A program made the position numbers and the translations under genes. Positions 19,515 through 28,792 of a stretch of 64,000 bases of DNA are shown piece by piece (positions within the stretch are counted from its first letter, which is position 1; every line of letters starts with the position of its first letter). Source of the DNA: a bacterium (lineage in GTDB: Bacteria > UBA8248); the NCBI GenBank assembly GCA_965261085.1, contig OZ253442.1, positions 704,001 to 768,000 of the forward strand, written 5' to 3'. Under the pieces are notes generated by a model. The model was given only the letters and a program-made list of their open reading frames with translations. It was not told the origin of the DNA and made no database searches.

Positions 19515-20411
19515 GTGAGAATCGGAATCCTGTGCCGGGACAAGACACTGCACGGTGTGCGTAGAATTTCAGAGAGCGCCAGGCTCAGAAAGCACCGGGT
19601 GCGTGTGCTGGATCCCTACCGGTTTTTGCTGAAGCTGAACGAGGCGGAAATATCACTCGAATTTCAGGGGAAGCCCTTTTCGGGGGCGGACGTTTTTCTG
19701 CCGCGCCTGGGAGCGAACATATCCGAGCACTCCCTGGCGCTTATCCGTCACCTGGAAGCATCCGGCGCTTTGGTGATCAACGGCTCGGGCGCACTCGAGA
19801 CGGCGCGGGATAAACTCCGCACCTTACAACTTCTGGCGCAAAACGGATTGCCGGTGCCCAGGACGGCGTTCGCGCCCGACCCGGCGTATCTGCGCGCCGC
19901 ACTCGATAGCGTGGGCGGTGCGCCCGTCGTGATGAAGCTGCCTCGCGGCACGCAGGGCAAGGGCGTCATGCGCGCCCACGATATTGAGGAGGCGCAAGCC
20001 ATCTCCGACGTGATGTGGAACTTACAGCGCGACGCCATCGTTCAGGAATATGTCAAAGAAGCGAGAGAGGGAGATTTGCGGGTCATCGTCGTCGGCGGTG
20101 AGGTGGCGGCCGCCGTGAGAAGGAGTGCGTCCAGCGATGAGTTTCGCACGAATCTGCATCGCGGCGGCTCCGTCCAGAAAGTTACCCCCACCCGTCGGGT
20201 TGCGGAACTCGCAAAAAGCGCGGCGAAGCTGTGCTGTCTCGAAATCGCAGGCGTAGACCTGCTGGAGACGAAAAGAGGCCCTTTGGTACTGGAGGTGAAC
20301 GCCGCCCCCGGTTTCGAGGGGGTGGAGCGCGCCGGCGGCCCTGAGGTCGCGCCCGTCATCCTCGATTACGCCGAGCGGCGTTACGAAGAATGGAAGCAGG
20401 GAAAAACCTGA
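19515..20411 (+). CDS. rimK: RimK-family ATP-grasp ligase
   Basis: ARDKLRTLQLL, GAPVVMKL..GTQGKGV, VQEYV, FRTNLHRGG, AGVDLL, LEVNAAPG. Confidence 0.85.
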   Translation: MRIGILCRDKTLHGVRRISESARLRKHRVRVLDPYRFLLKLNEAEISLEFQGKPFSGADVFLPRLGANISEHSLALIRHLEASGALVINGSGALETARDKLRTLQLLAQNGLPVPRTAFAPDPAYLRAALDSVGGAPVVMKLPRGTQGKGVMRAHDIEEAQAISDVMWNLQRDAIVQEYVKEAREGDLRVIVVGGEVAAAVRRSASSDEFRTNLHRGGSVQKVTPTRRVAELAKSAAKLCCLEIAGVDLLETKRGPLVLEVNAAPGFEGVERAGGPEVAPVILDYAERRYEEWKQGKT

Positions 20412-20484
20412 ATCGTTTGCCGGTCATTTCGTCTCGGCCTATAATCCACAGCCGGTCTGAAAGATTCGATAAGGGAGATTCACC

Positions 20485-21798
20485 TTGAGTGATATCGACG
20501 CCATATGCCTTGCGGCGAGGAGCGCAGCACTCGCGCTGGCGCCCTTGAGCGATGAGGTGCGGAATCGCGCCTTGGCCGCCGTGGCGGACGCGATTGATGA
20601 GAACGTACAGCGAATCCTGGATGCGAACGCGGAAGACGTGGCCGAGGCGGGACCGCTCGTTGCGAGCGGGGAGATGTCCGAGCCTTTGCTCAGGCGTCTG
20701 GAACTCAGCGAACGCAAAATCGCGCAGATGGCGGACGGCGTGCGCGCGGTGGCCGCTCTGCCCGATCCTCTGGGCGTGGCGCGCATGGCGACGCTGCTCG
20801 ATGAGGAGCTCACGCTCAGGCGCATCACCTGTCCCTTGGGCGTCATCGCCGCCGTGTTCGAATCGAGGCCCGACGCGCTGGTGCAGATAGCCTCGCTTTG
20901 CCTGAAATCGGGAAACGCCGCCATCCTGAAGGGGGGGCGTGAGGCCGCGCACACGAACCGCCTGATGACCGAATTGCTGAATGACGCGGCTTCAACAGTG
21001 GCCGAAGCACCCACCGACGCGCTGCAACTCGTCGAGGCGCGCGAGGACGTGCATGCGCTCCTCTCTCGCGACGATGCGGTCGACCTGGTCATACCACGCG
21101 GGAGCAACGAGTTCGTCCGCTACATCAAGGAGCACTCGAACATTCCGGTTCTGGGCCACGCGGACGGCATTTGTCATTTATACGTGGACGAGGCGGCGGA
21201 GACGGCGATGGCCGTGCGCTTGGCTCTCGACGCCAAGACGCAGTACCCCGCCGTCTGCAACGCCATTGAGACGCTTTTGGTGCACGAGAAAAAAGCGGGC
21301 GAATTCCTCCCCCTGGCCGCAAAGGCGCTCGACGAAAAGGGAGTGGCCATCCGGGGCTGCGATGCGACGCGGGCGATTCTCGAAAATGCGGGTGCGGCTT
21401 CCGAAGAAGACTGGAAGACGGAGTATCTCGACCTCATCCTCTCCGTCCGGGTGGTGGAATCACTCGCGGAGGCCGTCGATCACATCAACCGCTACGGCTC
21501 GCGCCACACCGATGCCATCGTCACGGCGGACGAAGCGGCGGCGCGGACTTTTCTTTCGAGAGTGGACGCCGCCAGCGTCATGTGGAATGCATCCACGCGC
21601 CTGGCGGATGGCTTCCGTTACGGCTTCGGCGCCGAGGTGGGGATCGCCACGGACAAGATACACGCGCGCGGCCCCGTCGGCCTGGAAGGTCTGGTGACCT
21701 ACAAATACCAGCTCGAGGGAAACGGCCACCTCGTCTCCGACTACGAGGGGGCCGATGCGCGCGCGTTTCTCCACAGGCCTCTTCCCTTAAGCGAATAA
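20485..21798 (+). CDS. proA: Glutamate-5-semialdehyde dehydrogenase
   Basis: PLGVIAAVFESRP, KSGNAAILKGG, AVCNAIETLLV, NASTRLADG, HARGPVGL. Confidence 0.96.
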   Translation: MSDIDAICLAARSAALALAPLSDEVRNRALAAVADAIDENVQRILDANAEDVAEAGPLVASGEMSEPLLRRLELSERKIAQMADGVRAVAALPDPLGVARMATLLDEELTLRRITCPLGVIAAVFESRPDALVQIASLCLKSGNAAILKGGREAAHTNRLMTELLNDAASTVAEAPTDALQLVEAREDVHALLSRDDAVDLVIPRGSNEFVRYIKEHSNIPVLGHADGICHLYVDEAAETAMAVRLALDAKTQYPAVCNAIETLLVHEKKAGEFLPLAAKALDEKGVAIRGCDATRAILENAGAASEEDWKTEYLDLILSVRVVESLAEAVDHINRYGSRHTDAIVTADEAAARTFLSRVDAASVMWNASTRLADGFRYGFGAEVGIATDKIHARGPVGLEGLVTYKYQLEGNGHLVSDYEGADARAFLHRPLPLSE

Positions 21799-21820
21799 AG
21801 CGCTCAGGACGCCTCCGGAC

Positions 21821-22144
21821 TTGGGTAAGTGGGTCGTCGTCTCGTTCCTCATCCTGGGCGGGGCGTTCGTCGTTTTTTTGTTCATCTTCCAGAGCCCCCG
21901 GCAAGAAGAAGCGCTCCTCACCACGGGTGAAGGCGCTACGATCTTCGCGCAGACCTGCGCCGTCTGCCATGGTGCGCGCGGCGAGGGGAAAGGCGGACTG
22001 GGAAACCCCCTGCGCGGCCGTAAACTGCCCGCGGCCTACGTGAAAGAGGTCATCAAGCGGGGGAAGAACAAGATGCCCGCTCTGTCCCATATCCAGGGCG
22101 AGGCGCTCGAGAACGTGGCGAGGTACGTGAATCGTCTGCGGTGA
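21821..22144 (+). CDS. Monoheme cytochrome c with N-terminal membrane anchor
   Basis: CAVCH motif, distal MP, hydrophobic N-terminus. Confidence 0.88.
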   Translation: MGKWVVVSFLILGGAFVVFLFIFQSPRQEEALLTTGEGATIFAQTCAVCHGARGEGKGGLGNPLRGRKLPAAYVKEVIKRGKNKMPALSHIQGEALENVARYVNRLR

Positions 22145-22230
22145 GTTTTATACTTGGGCGTTATTTTGCCTTCCACGGCCCTTTGCCGTCATCCCCATCT
22201 ATCTCGAGGTCTGTATTTTGAGCCTTGGGC

Positions 22231-23010
22231 TCATCCCTCGCTTTTCTCTGCGGTTCTCACCGCGAAAGCGAAGCAGACCCCACCAAAGATGATCATGATG
22301 AGGAGGGAGAGCCAAAGCCCCGGCAGGGTGGCCACGGCGTCCGGCGCGCTCAGGTAGAGGGTTCTTCTTAAAGCCGCCACGCCGTAGGTGAGCGGGTTCA
22401 CATGCATGATGAACGAGATGAGCGGGTGCGCGCCCGAGACCGGGAACACCGCGCCCGAAAGCAGCCAAAGCGGTATCAGCAGCAGGTTCATGATGGAGTG
22501 AAACCCCTGGGTGGATTCGATTCGCCAGGCGAGCAGAAGGCCGAGCGCAGTCAGCGCGAAGCCGATTAAGCCCATCACCAATACCGAGGCGAGGGCGGCT
22601 TCCAGCGTGAGCGGAACGCCCGCCAGCGGGGTGGCGATGAGCAGGAGAACGCCTTGTAAGAGCGCCAGCGTGGCGCCGCCCATCACTTGCCCCAGCACGA
22701 TGGCCGAGCGCGGAACGGGGGCTGCGAGCACGCCCTGTAAGAAGCGCGCCTTTCTGTCGTCCACCACGGCGAAAGTCGAGAAGATGGCCGTGAAGAGCAC
22801 CACCATGGCGATGATACCCGGGTAGAAGTATTCCAGATAGCCCTCCCCCCCTCCGCCCGCGTAGCGGAAGTTTCGCCCGAAGCCGCTGCCCAGCAGCAGC
22901 CAGAACAGGATGGGCTGGCCGAACGCGCCGATGATGCGGCTGCGCTGGCGCACGAAGCGCACAATTTCGCGCTGCCAGATCGTTCCCATGCAAAGGAGAT
23001 AGGGGGTCAT
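22231..23010 (-). CDS. ABC-2 type transporter permease
   Basis: WQREIVRF, FYPGII, LLSGAVFP, NPLTYGV. Confidence 0.9.
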   Translation of the reverse strand: MTPYLLCMGTIWQREIVRFVRQRSRIIGAFGQPILFWLLLGSGFGRNFRYAGGGGEGYLEYFYPGIIAMVVLFTAIFSTFAVVDDRKARFLQGVLAAPVPRSAIVLGQVMGGATLALLQGVLLLIATPLAGVPLTLEAALASVLVMGLIGFALTALGLLLAWRIESTQGFHSIMNLLLIPLWLLSGAVFPVSGAHPLISFIMHVNPLTYGVAALRRTLYLSAPDAVATLPGLWLSLLIMIIFGGVCFAFAVRTAEKSEG

Positions 23011-23966
23011 TGTTTCCGCCCCTCGGGGAGGTCTTCGTCCGCGTCGGTGAAGCGCTTGCCCGTCTGGTTGATGAACACGTCCTCGAGCGTGGGCTTGCCC
23101 AGCGTGATGGAGCGCACTTCGCCGGGGAACGCCTCGGCAATTTTCGGGATGGCCACATGGGCGTCACGCATCTCGGCGCGCAGGGAGCCGTCCACGCTCT
23201 TCACCTCGCAGGAGAACATTTCCGCAAGTTTCTGGCGCAGGGATTCGGGATTTTGCGCCTCGATGGTCAGCACCTCGCCGCCCACTTCTTTTTTGAGCGC
23301 GTCGGGCGCGCCGATGGCGACGAGATTCCCTTCGTGGATGATGCCCACCCGGTCTGCGTGGTCAGCCTCTTCGATGAAGTGCGTGGTGAGCACGACCGTG
23401 GTGTTCGTTTCATTTCTCAATCTTTTGAGTTCGTTTCTGAAATCGATTCTGGCTCCGGGGTCGAGGCCCGTGCTGGGCTCATCGAGAAACAATATCTCGG
23501 GTCGGGGCAGCAGCGCTTTGGCGAGTTCCACCCTGCGCTGAAGCCCGCCGGAGAGGGTCTCGACGTAATCCTTTTTCCGGTCGCTCAGGCCGAATTGCGC
23601 GAGGAGCGCGCCGGCGGCGTTTTGCAGGGAGCTCCCAAGCATCCCGTGGAGCCGCCCGTGATGGATCATGTTCTCAAACACGGTGAGTTTGGGGTCGAGA
23701 GCTGGTTGTTGAAAGACGACGCCGATTCTCTTTCGCACCGCGTGGGGCGCATTGCGCACCGAATGGCCGAAGACCTGCGCGTCGCCCGCCGTGGGTCGCA
23801 TGAGCGTGGTGATGATGCGGAACAGAGTGGTTTTGCCGCCCCCGTTCGGGCCCAGGAGTGCGAATATCTCACCCTCTGAAACCTCGAAGCGCACGTCCTT
23901 GAGCGCCACGCGATTTCCGTAGCGGTGGGTGACGCCTTGTACGGAGAGGGCGGGATTCGGGTTCAA
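23007..23966 (-). CDS. ABC transporter ATP-binding protein (DrrA/NodI-like)
   Basis: GPNGGGKTT, LSGG, FLDEPSTGLDP, PTLEDVF. Confidence 0.93.
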   Translation of the reverse strand: MNPNPALSVQGVTHRYGNRVALKDVRFEVSEGEIFALLGPNGGGKTTLFRIITTLMRPTAGDAQVFGHSVRNAPHAVRKRIGVVFQQPALDPKLTVFENMIHHGRLHGMLGSSLQNAAGALLAQFGLSDRKKDYVETLSGGLQRRVELAKALLPRPEILFLDEPSTGLDPGARIDFRNELKRLRNETNTTVVLTTHFIEEADHADRVGIIHEGNLVAIGAPDALKKEVGGEVLTIEAQNPESLRQKLAEMFSCEVKSVDGSLRAEMRDAHVAIPKIAEAFPGEVRSITLGKPTLEDVFINQTGKRFTDADEDLPEGRKQ

Positions 23967-24340
23967 TTCGCTGAATCCTCATTATCGTCGGGTGAGAATT
24001 TCCGGCTGAAGAAATAATCCGCGTTCAGCCAGATGGCGCGCGAGTAGCGAAACGAGAATAGCGGAATCAGGATGCAAAGCCCACCCCAGATGATGAGCTG
24101 CGCCGTGAGGCCGGGCGCGATGAAGATTTCGGTCAAGAAATAACCACTCAGGCAGATGATGATCGTGATGGCGTAGTTGACGTAGATGGCGCCGATGAAA
24201 TAGCCCTGCTCACGCTCGATGAGGTAGCCGCAGCCCGGGCATTTTTGGTGCATCTGGAACAGACCGGTGAAAAGGGGTTCGGGACACCTCGGGCACACCA
24301 GCATGCTCCCGCGCCTAAGGGCGCGCAGGAACCCTCTCAT
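23963..24340 (-). CDS. DUF983-like membrane protein
   Basis: CPRC...LF...CPGCG followed by two TM helices; ATG overlaps upstream stop. Confidence 0.75.
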   Translation of the reverse strand: MRGFLRALRRGSMLVCPRCPEPLFTGLFQMHQKCPGCGYLIEREQGYFIGAIYVNYAITIIICLSGYFLTEIFIAPGLTAQLIIWGGLCILIPLFSFRYSRAIWLNADYFFSRKFSPDDNEDSAN

Positions 24341-24762
24341 GCCCTCGGGTAGAACACATAGAGGAGCAAGTAGACTATGACGCCGGTGAACGAGACATAG
24401 AGCCAGATGGGATACGTCCAGCGCGCGATGCGGCGATGCCGCTCGAAATCCCCCCGCCACGCCCTGTAGAGGGTGATGATCGCCATGGGCGGCACCAGGA
24501 CGGCGAGGACCGAATGCGTGATAAGGATGAGGAAATACACCGGACGAATCCAGCCCGTGCCGGTGAAGCCCACCGAACCCACGTTGAAGTGATAGACGAG
24601 ATAGGAGATGAGGAACAGGGTGGAGACCACGAAAGCGCTCACCATGAAGCGCTTGTGGGCTTCCACGTTTTTGGCGTAAATCTGCTTTACGCCCAGCATG
24701 AGCAAAGCCGCGCTCGTGGCGTTCAACAAGGCGTTCAGGGTGGGCAGATATCGAAGCGACAT
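24337..24762 (-). CDS. DUF420 (CtaM-like) membrane protein
   Basis: LPTLNALLN, HKRFM, FLISYL, LITHSVLA, HRRIARWTYPIWLYVSFTGV. Confidence 0.9.
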   Translation of the reverse strand: MSLRYLPTLNALLNATSAALLMLGVKQIYAKNVEAHKRFMVSAFVVSTLFLISYLVYHFNVGSVGFTGTGWIRPVYFLILITHSVLAVLVPPMAIITLYRAWRGDFERHRRIARWTYPIWLYVSFTGVIVYLLLYVFYPRA

Positions 24763-24793
24763 AAACTTTCTTTATGAAACGACCGGCTGCGGA

Positions 24794-25090
24794 TTAAAAA
24801 TCCGGCAGCAACATCAACACGACGAACACGCACAGCACGAGGGGTATCATGGCGATGAAGCCCAACGCTGCTTTCTCGAATTTGAGGTGCATGAAGTAAA
24901 GGGCCACGAGCGCCGCCTTGGCCACGGCCATGCCGACGAGGAGCGCTCCCTTCAGAAGCTGCGGATAGGCGGGACTCGCCTGCGGCACGCCGGCCATGAT
25001 TTCGAGTATCGTGAGCGCCAGGAGCCACCAGAAGATGGTCATGTAGCTCACGTGATGAACGTCGTGGTTCGTGTGGCTTGCGCTGGCCAT
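24794..25090 (-). CDS. Cytochrome c oxidase subunit IV
   Basis: LLALTILE, KAALVALYFMHLKFE. Confidence 0.88.
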   Translation of the reverse strand: MASASHTNHDVHHVSYMTIFWWLLALTILEIMAGVPQASPAYPQLLKGALLVGMAVAKAALVALYFMHLKFEKAALGFIAMIPLVLCVFVVLMLLPDF

Positions 25091-25147
25091 GATGTATGTG
25101 CTCTCCCTCGAACGAACCCGAGCGCGCCCAGGACGCGCCCTGGATGG

Positions 25148-25771
25148 TTACAATAGATAGATGAATGTGAATACGAGAATCCAGACGAGGTCCACGAAGT
25201 GCCAGTAAAGGCCCGCGATTTCCACCTCGTTCCAGCTATCCGCCGAATACACGCCCTTGGCGCCGCGCATCGCGATGACGGACAGATAGATGACGCCGCC
25301 GGTCACGTGCATCCCGTGGAAGCCCGTGATGATGTAGAAGGTGGTGCCGAAGAGGCTGTCGCCCCACTTGTTGGCGGAAAGGTGGAGACCCTCGTGAATC
25401 AGATGGGTCCACTCATAGGCTTGTAAGCCCAGGAAGATGAGGCCGCTCCCGACGGTGAGCCACATGAACTTCACCAGGCCCGCCTGATCGCCTCTTTTGA
25501 TGGCGTCCAGGCCCTTCACCATGGTGACGCTGCTGCATATAAGCAAAAACGTCATGAACGCGGTGAGCGAAATGCCCAGCACGTCCACGGGCACCGGCCA
25601 GTTCGCGCTGTTGCCCCGCATGATGGCGTAGCCCGCCAACAAGGTTCCGAACGACATGGCGTCGCCCGCCAGAAATACCCACATGCCCAGCTTGCCCCAG
25701 CTTTCGGGGGTAAGCGGGGTTTCTGCTGGTTCCACTCCGTGGGCGTGATCCACGGCGGCGGCTTCACTCAC
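25148..25771 (-). CDS. Cytochrome c oxidase subunit III
   Basis: KLGMWVFL, SSVTM, TGFHGMHV, GLYWHFVDLVW. Confidence 0.92.
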   Translation of the reverse strand: MSEAAAVDHAHGVEPAETPLTPESWGKLGMWVFLAGDAMSFGTLLAGYAIMRGNSANWPVPVDVLGISLTAFMTFLLICSSVTMVKGLDAIKRGDQAGLVKFMWLTVGSGLIFLGLQAYEWTHLIHEGLHLSANKWGDSLFGTTFYIITGFHGMHVTGGVIYLSVIAMRGAKGVYSADSWNEVEIAGLYWHFVDLVWILVFTFIYLL

Positions 25772-25786
25772 TGCGCCTTCTCCTTC

Positions 25787-26023
25787 TTATTCAGTAAAAA
25801 TGCGTTTATCCACCGGCGGCTTTTTTGCGCGCCGGGAATTGTACACGAAATAACCGCCCGTAACCGTCGCGATCAGGAACGGCATGCTGATCAGAAAACC
25901 CATGCTCCAGAGGAAACCCGGCTCGCCGTCCACCCCGCACACCGCGCAGGCGAGCGCGAACCCCGGGGCTAGTAATTGCGCGCCCAGGGCTGTGACGATG
26001 AGCATGGTAACGACCGGTTTCAC
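25787..26023 (-). CDS. Small exported CxxC membrane protein in cox operon
   Basis: AAGGAG RBS plus GTG; signal peptide ending ALA, then CAVC and one TM helix. Confidence 0.7.
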   Translation of the reverse strand: MKPVVTMLIVTALGAQLLAPGFALACAVCGVDGEPGFLWSMGFLISMPFLIATVTGGYFVYNSRRAKKPPVDKRIFTE

Positions 26024-26094
26024 TTGATTCTCCTTGAGGCGAGTATGCCACCCGCTTCGGGAAAGTGTCAACGTTTTCGGCGGTTCCTACGCCG

Positions 26095-26793
26095 CTACAA
26101 CAGGTAGACCAGATAAAACAGAATCGGCCACAGCCCCACCACCAGATGCCAGTACATCGCGCATGCGATGACGCCGGCGGGCTTTTGCGCGGAATACCTG
26201 CACAGATGCGCGTGAACGAGAACCACGACCAGCCAGACGACAGCGCTCAGCACGTGAACCCCGTGCGTGCCGATGATGGTGTAGAAGATGGAACCATAGA
26301 CGTTCGCCGATGCGGTGAGCCCGAAACTGACCAGCCGAATCCACTCGTAGCCTTGTATCGCGAGAAACAAAACCCCCAGAGCGCCCGTGATGGTGAGCAG
26401 CCGCGGCAGAGCGTTTGCGTCGTTTCTTTTGAGCGCAAGCTGGGCGCGGACCATCGTATAGCTGCTCAGCAGAAGGAAGAGCGTGTTGACGGCGGTGACT
26501 TCCACCGGCAGGCGCGGCTGAAAGGGCGGCGGCCAGGGCTTTCCGCTGAAGCGGAACACGAGAAAAGCCCCCACCAGGCCCGAGAAGAACATGACTTCGG
26601 CCGCGATGAGAACCAGCATGGCGAGTTGGGTGTTTCCGAGCAGGGGCTTTCCGGCGGAAGGCGAATCCGGGGAGTCGTCTCCTCCTCCTCCGTTTCCCCC
26701 ATTGTCGTCCGGTGGCTCCGGTGGCGGCGGAGGGGGCGAGCCTTCCCATCCCTTTATGACTTCCTTCGGGGGCACATCCAGTACCGGACTCAC
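26095..26793 (-). CDS. Cytochrome c oxidase subunit III family, second paralog
   Basis: EVMFF, NTLFLLLSSYT, GTHGVHV, YWHLV; Pro/Gly-rich N-terminus. Confidence 0.9.
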   Translation of the reverse strand: MSPVLDVPPKEVIKGWEGSPPPPPPEPPDDNGGNGGGGDDSPDSPSAGKPLLGNTQLAMLVLIAAEVMFFSGLVGAFLVFRFSGKPWPPPFQPRLPVEVTAVNTLFLLLSSYTMVRAQLALKRNDANALPRLLTITGALGVLFLAIQGYEWIRLVSFGLTASANVYGSIFYTIIGTHGVHVLSAVVWLVVVLVHAHLCRYSAQKPAGVIACAMYWHLVVGLWPILFYLVYLL

Positions 26794-26808
26794 CCAGACC
26801 TCTCCCGT

Positions 26809-26919
26809 CTAGTTTTTGATGATGGCCACGGTCCACGCGAAGCCGGCCAGGCACACGATGAAGAGAAAAAGTAAAACGCCAGTGCGCCGGTTCTTGTTCT
26901 TTGTTTGCGTCTTGTCCAT
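26809..26919 (-). CDS. 36-aa single-TM protein, possible oxidase assembly factor
   Basis: MDKTQTKNKNRRTGVLLFLFIVCLAGFAWTVAIIKN; GAGG RBS; fills gap between ctaB and subunit III. Confidence 0.6.
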   Translation of the reverse strand: MDKTQTKNKNRRTGVLLFLFIVCLAGFAWTVAIIKN

Positions 26920-26927
26920 CGGCGGCC

Positions 26928-27818
26928 TCAACCGAAAATCATCGCCAGCAGGAGCGCCGGCAGATAAATCAGCGAGTAGTAGAACAGACGTCTCGCGGAT
27001 GCGACGCCTTTTTCTCTGGCCATGTGAATGCCGTAACCGAGATACACGAACCCCAGTATGGTGGAGATCGCGAAATAGACCGGGCCCGCCATGCCGATCA
27101 GGGCCGGGGCCATGCCTGCGGGAATGAGGGCCATGCAGTAGGAGATGACCTGCCTGCCCGTGCTCGCGCCGCCGGGGTCCTCGACGGGCAGGAGCTTGAT
27201 GTCGGCTCTCTCGAAATCCTCTCGGTACATCACGGCGATCGCCAGCGCGTGTGGGATTTGCCACAAGAACATGATGGAAAACACCACGAACGGCTCAATC
27301 GAGAGAGCGCCCGTCGCCGCCGCCCAGCCGATGACCGGGGGCATTGCTCCTGGAACCGCGCCCACCACGCTGTTCAGCGAAGTCGTGCGCTTGAGCGGCG
27401 TGTATAAAAACAGATAAAGCCCTCCGGTGGCCGCGATGAGGAGCGCCGTGAAGGGGTTCACGAAAACGCCCAGATAGGCCACGCCCAGAAGCATGATAGC
27501 GGAGCCGAACAAAAGCGCGTCCAGTTTCAGGAGGCGTCCATCGGGCAGCGGGCGCTTTTGCGTGCGGATCATCCGCGCGTCCAGGTCTTCCTCGGACGCC
27601 TGGTTCAGCGCCAGCGCGCCGCCCGTCGCAAGGGCCGAGCCGATGAGCGTGTGGATGAGCAGGAAGATTTCAAGGACTGCGCCCGAGGCGAGATAAAAGC
27701 CCGCGGCGGTGACGACCAGCACCATCGGTAGGATGCGCGGTTTCGTGAGTTCCAGATAATCCACCGCCCTTCTTTTGGCGGCATCGAGTTTGAGCGCCTC
27801 GGTCGGCAAGTTCGTCAT
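26928..27818 (-). CDS. cyoE: Heme o synthase (protoheme IX farnesyltransferase)
   Basis: LTKPRI, LNQ..E.D.DARM.RT..RPLP.G, YTPLKR, GAVPGAMPP, FLWQIPH. Confidence 0.95.
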   Translation of the reverse strand: MTNLPTEALKLDAAKRRAVDYLELTKPRILPMVLVVTAAGFYLASGAVLEIFLLIHTLIGSALATGGALALNQASEEDLDARMIRTQKRPLPDGRLLKLDALLFGSAIMLLGVAYLGVFVNPFTALLIAATGGLYLFLYTPLKRTTSLNSVVGAVPGAMPPVIGWAAATGALSIEPFVVFSIMFLWQIPHALAIAVMYREDFERADIKLLPVEDPGGASTGRQVISYCMALIPAGMAPALIGMAGPVYFAISTILGFVYLGYGIHMAREKGVASARRLFYYSLIYLPALLLAMIFG

Positions 27819-28759
27819 GCGCGCGCGCCTCCCGCCGCAACGGGCGCTTCAGGCGTTTTGAGTGTGAACAAAGCACCCTTGTTCAGGCGAAGGGCCACGA
27901 CGAGCGAGGCCGCGAAGAGCATTGCGCCCACCACGACGTGGGCGGAGGTGAGTGCGATGATGAGGCCGGGAGTGAAGGCGTCGCCCATAGCGGCGTATTT
28001 CCCGACCCACGAAGCGCCGCCGAGCGCTAGTTGAACGAGCAGCAAGACCCAGAGGCAGTTCACCTCTTTTGTGAGAGCGCCCGGGTTCGGCAGCTTCAGT
28101 ATCTTGTAAGCGAGTAGGATGACGTGGATGCTGCTCAGCGCGGCGAAGAGCAGATGGGCGTCCAGCCTGTTTCCGGTGTGGCGCAGAACTGCGCCGAAGA
28201 TGATTTGGATATAGATCAGTGAGACCGTGATGAGGCCCAAACGCGCCAGGCCCTTATCGCTCACTTCACTGGTTTCCTCCCGCCAGCCGCGGGAGGTGAA
28301 CAGCGCCGCGCTCACCATGAGGCCGAAGAAAATCTGGGCGACGCAGGCGTGGACGATGGCCAGGTTGAGCTTGATGAGCACCACCCGCATGCCGCCGAGC
28401 ACGCCCTGGAGAATCACGAGGCCGACCGCGAACAGGCCGAGGCGGCGCATCCATTTCCGCTCATCCGTTCTCCAGATGGAAGCGGCCGTCAGGATGGTGA
28501 AAAGCCCGACCAGCGAGCCGAGCAGGCGGTGTGAGTGTTCGATGAAAACGCCGCCCACCATCTTCGACCACGGGAAGAGGAACATGTTGTAGCCGAACGT
28601 GGTGGGCCAGTCGGGAACCGCGAGGCCCGAGCCCGTGCTCGTCACCAGGCCGCCCGCGAGAATGAGGGCGACGGTGAAGATACAGGTCAGCAGGGCGAAA
28701 CGATGCGGCCAGACTCCCCCTATCGTGGCGGGGAGGCTGGCATGGCGGGTAGATGCCAT
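27815..28759 (-). CDS. ctaA: Heme a synthase COX15/CtaA family
   Basis: GGLVTSTGSGLAVPDWP, EHSHR, QGVLGG.RV, conserved His in TM helices. Confidence 0.9.
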   Translation of the reverse strand: MASTRHASLPATIGGVWPHRFALLTCIFTVALILAGGLVTSTGSGLAVPDWPTTFGYNMFLFPWSKMVGGVFIEHSHRLLGSLVGLFTILTAASIWRTDERKWMRRLGLFAVGLVILQGVLGGMRVVLIKLNLAIVHACVAQIFFGLMVSAALFTSRGWREETSEVSDKGLARLGLITVSLIYIQIIFGAVLRHTGNRLDAHLLFAALSSIHVILLAYKILKLPNPGALTKEVNCLWVLLLVQLALGGASWVGKYAAMGDAFTPGLIIALTSAHVVVGAMLFAASLVVALRLNKGALFTLKTPEAPVAAGGARA

Positions 28760-28792
28760 GCGCGTTCTCTCCCGGGGTAGCGTGCGTCGGAA

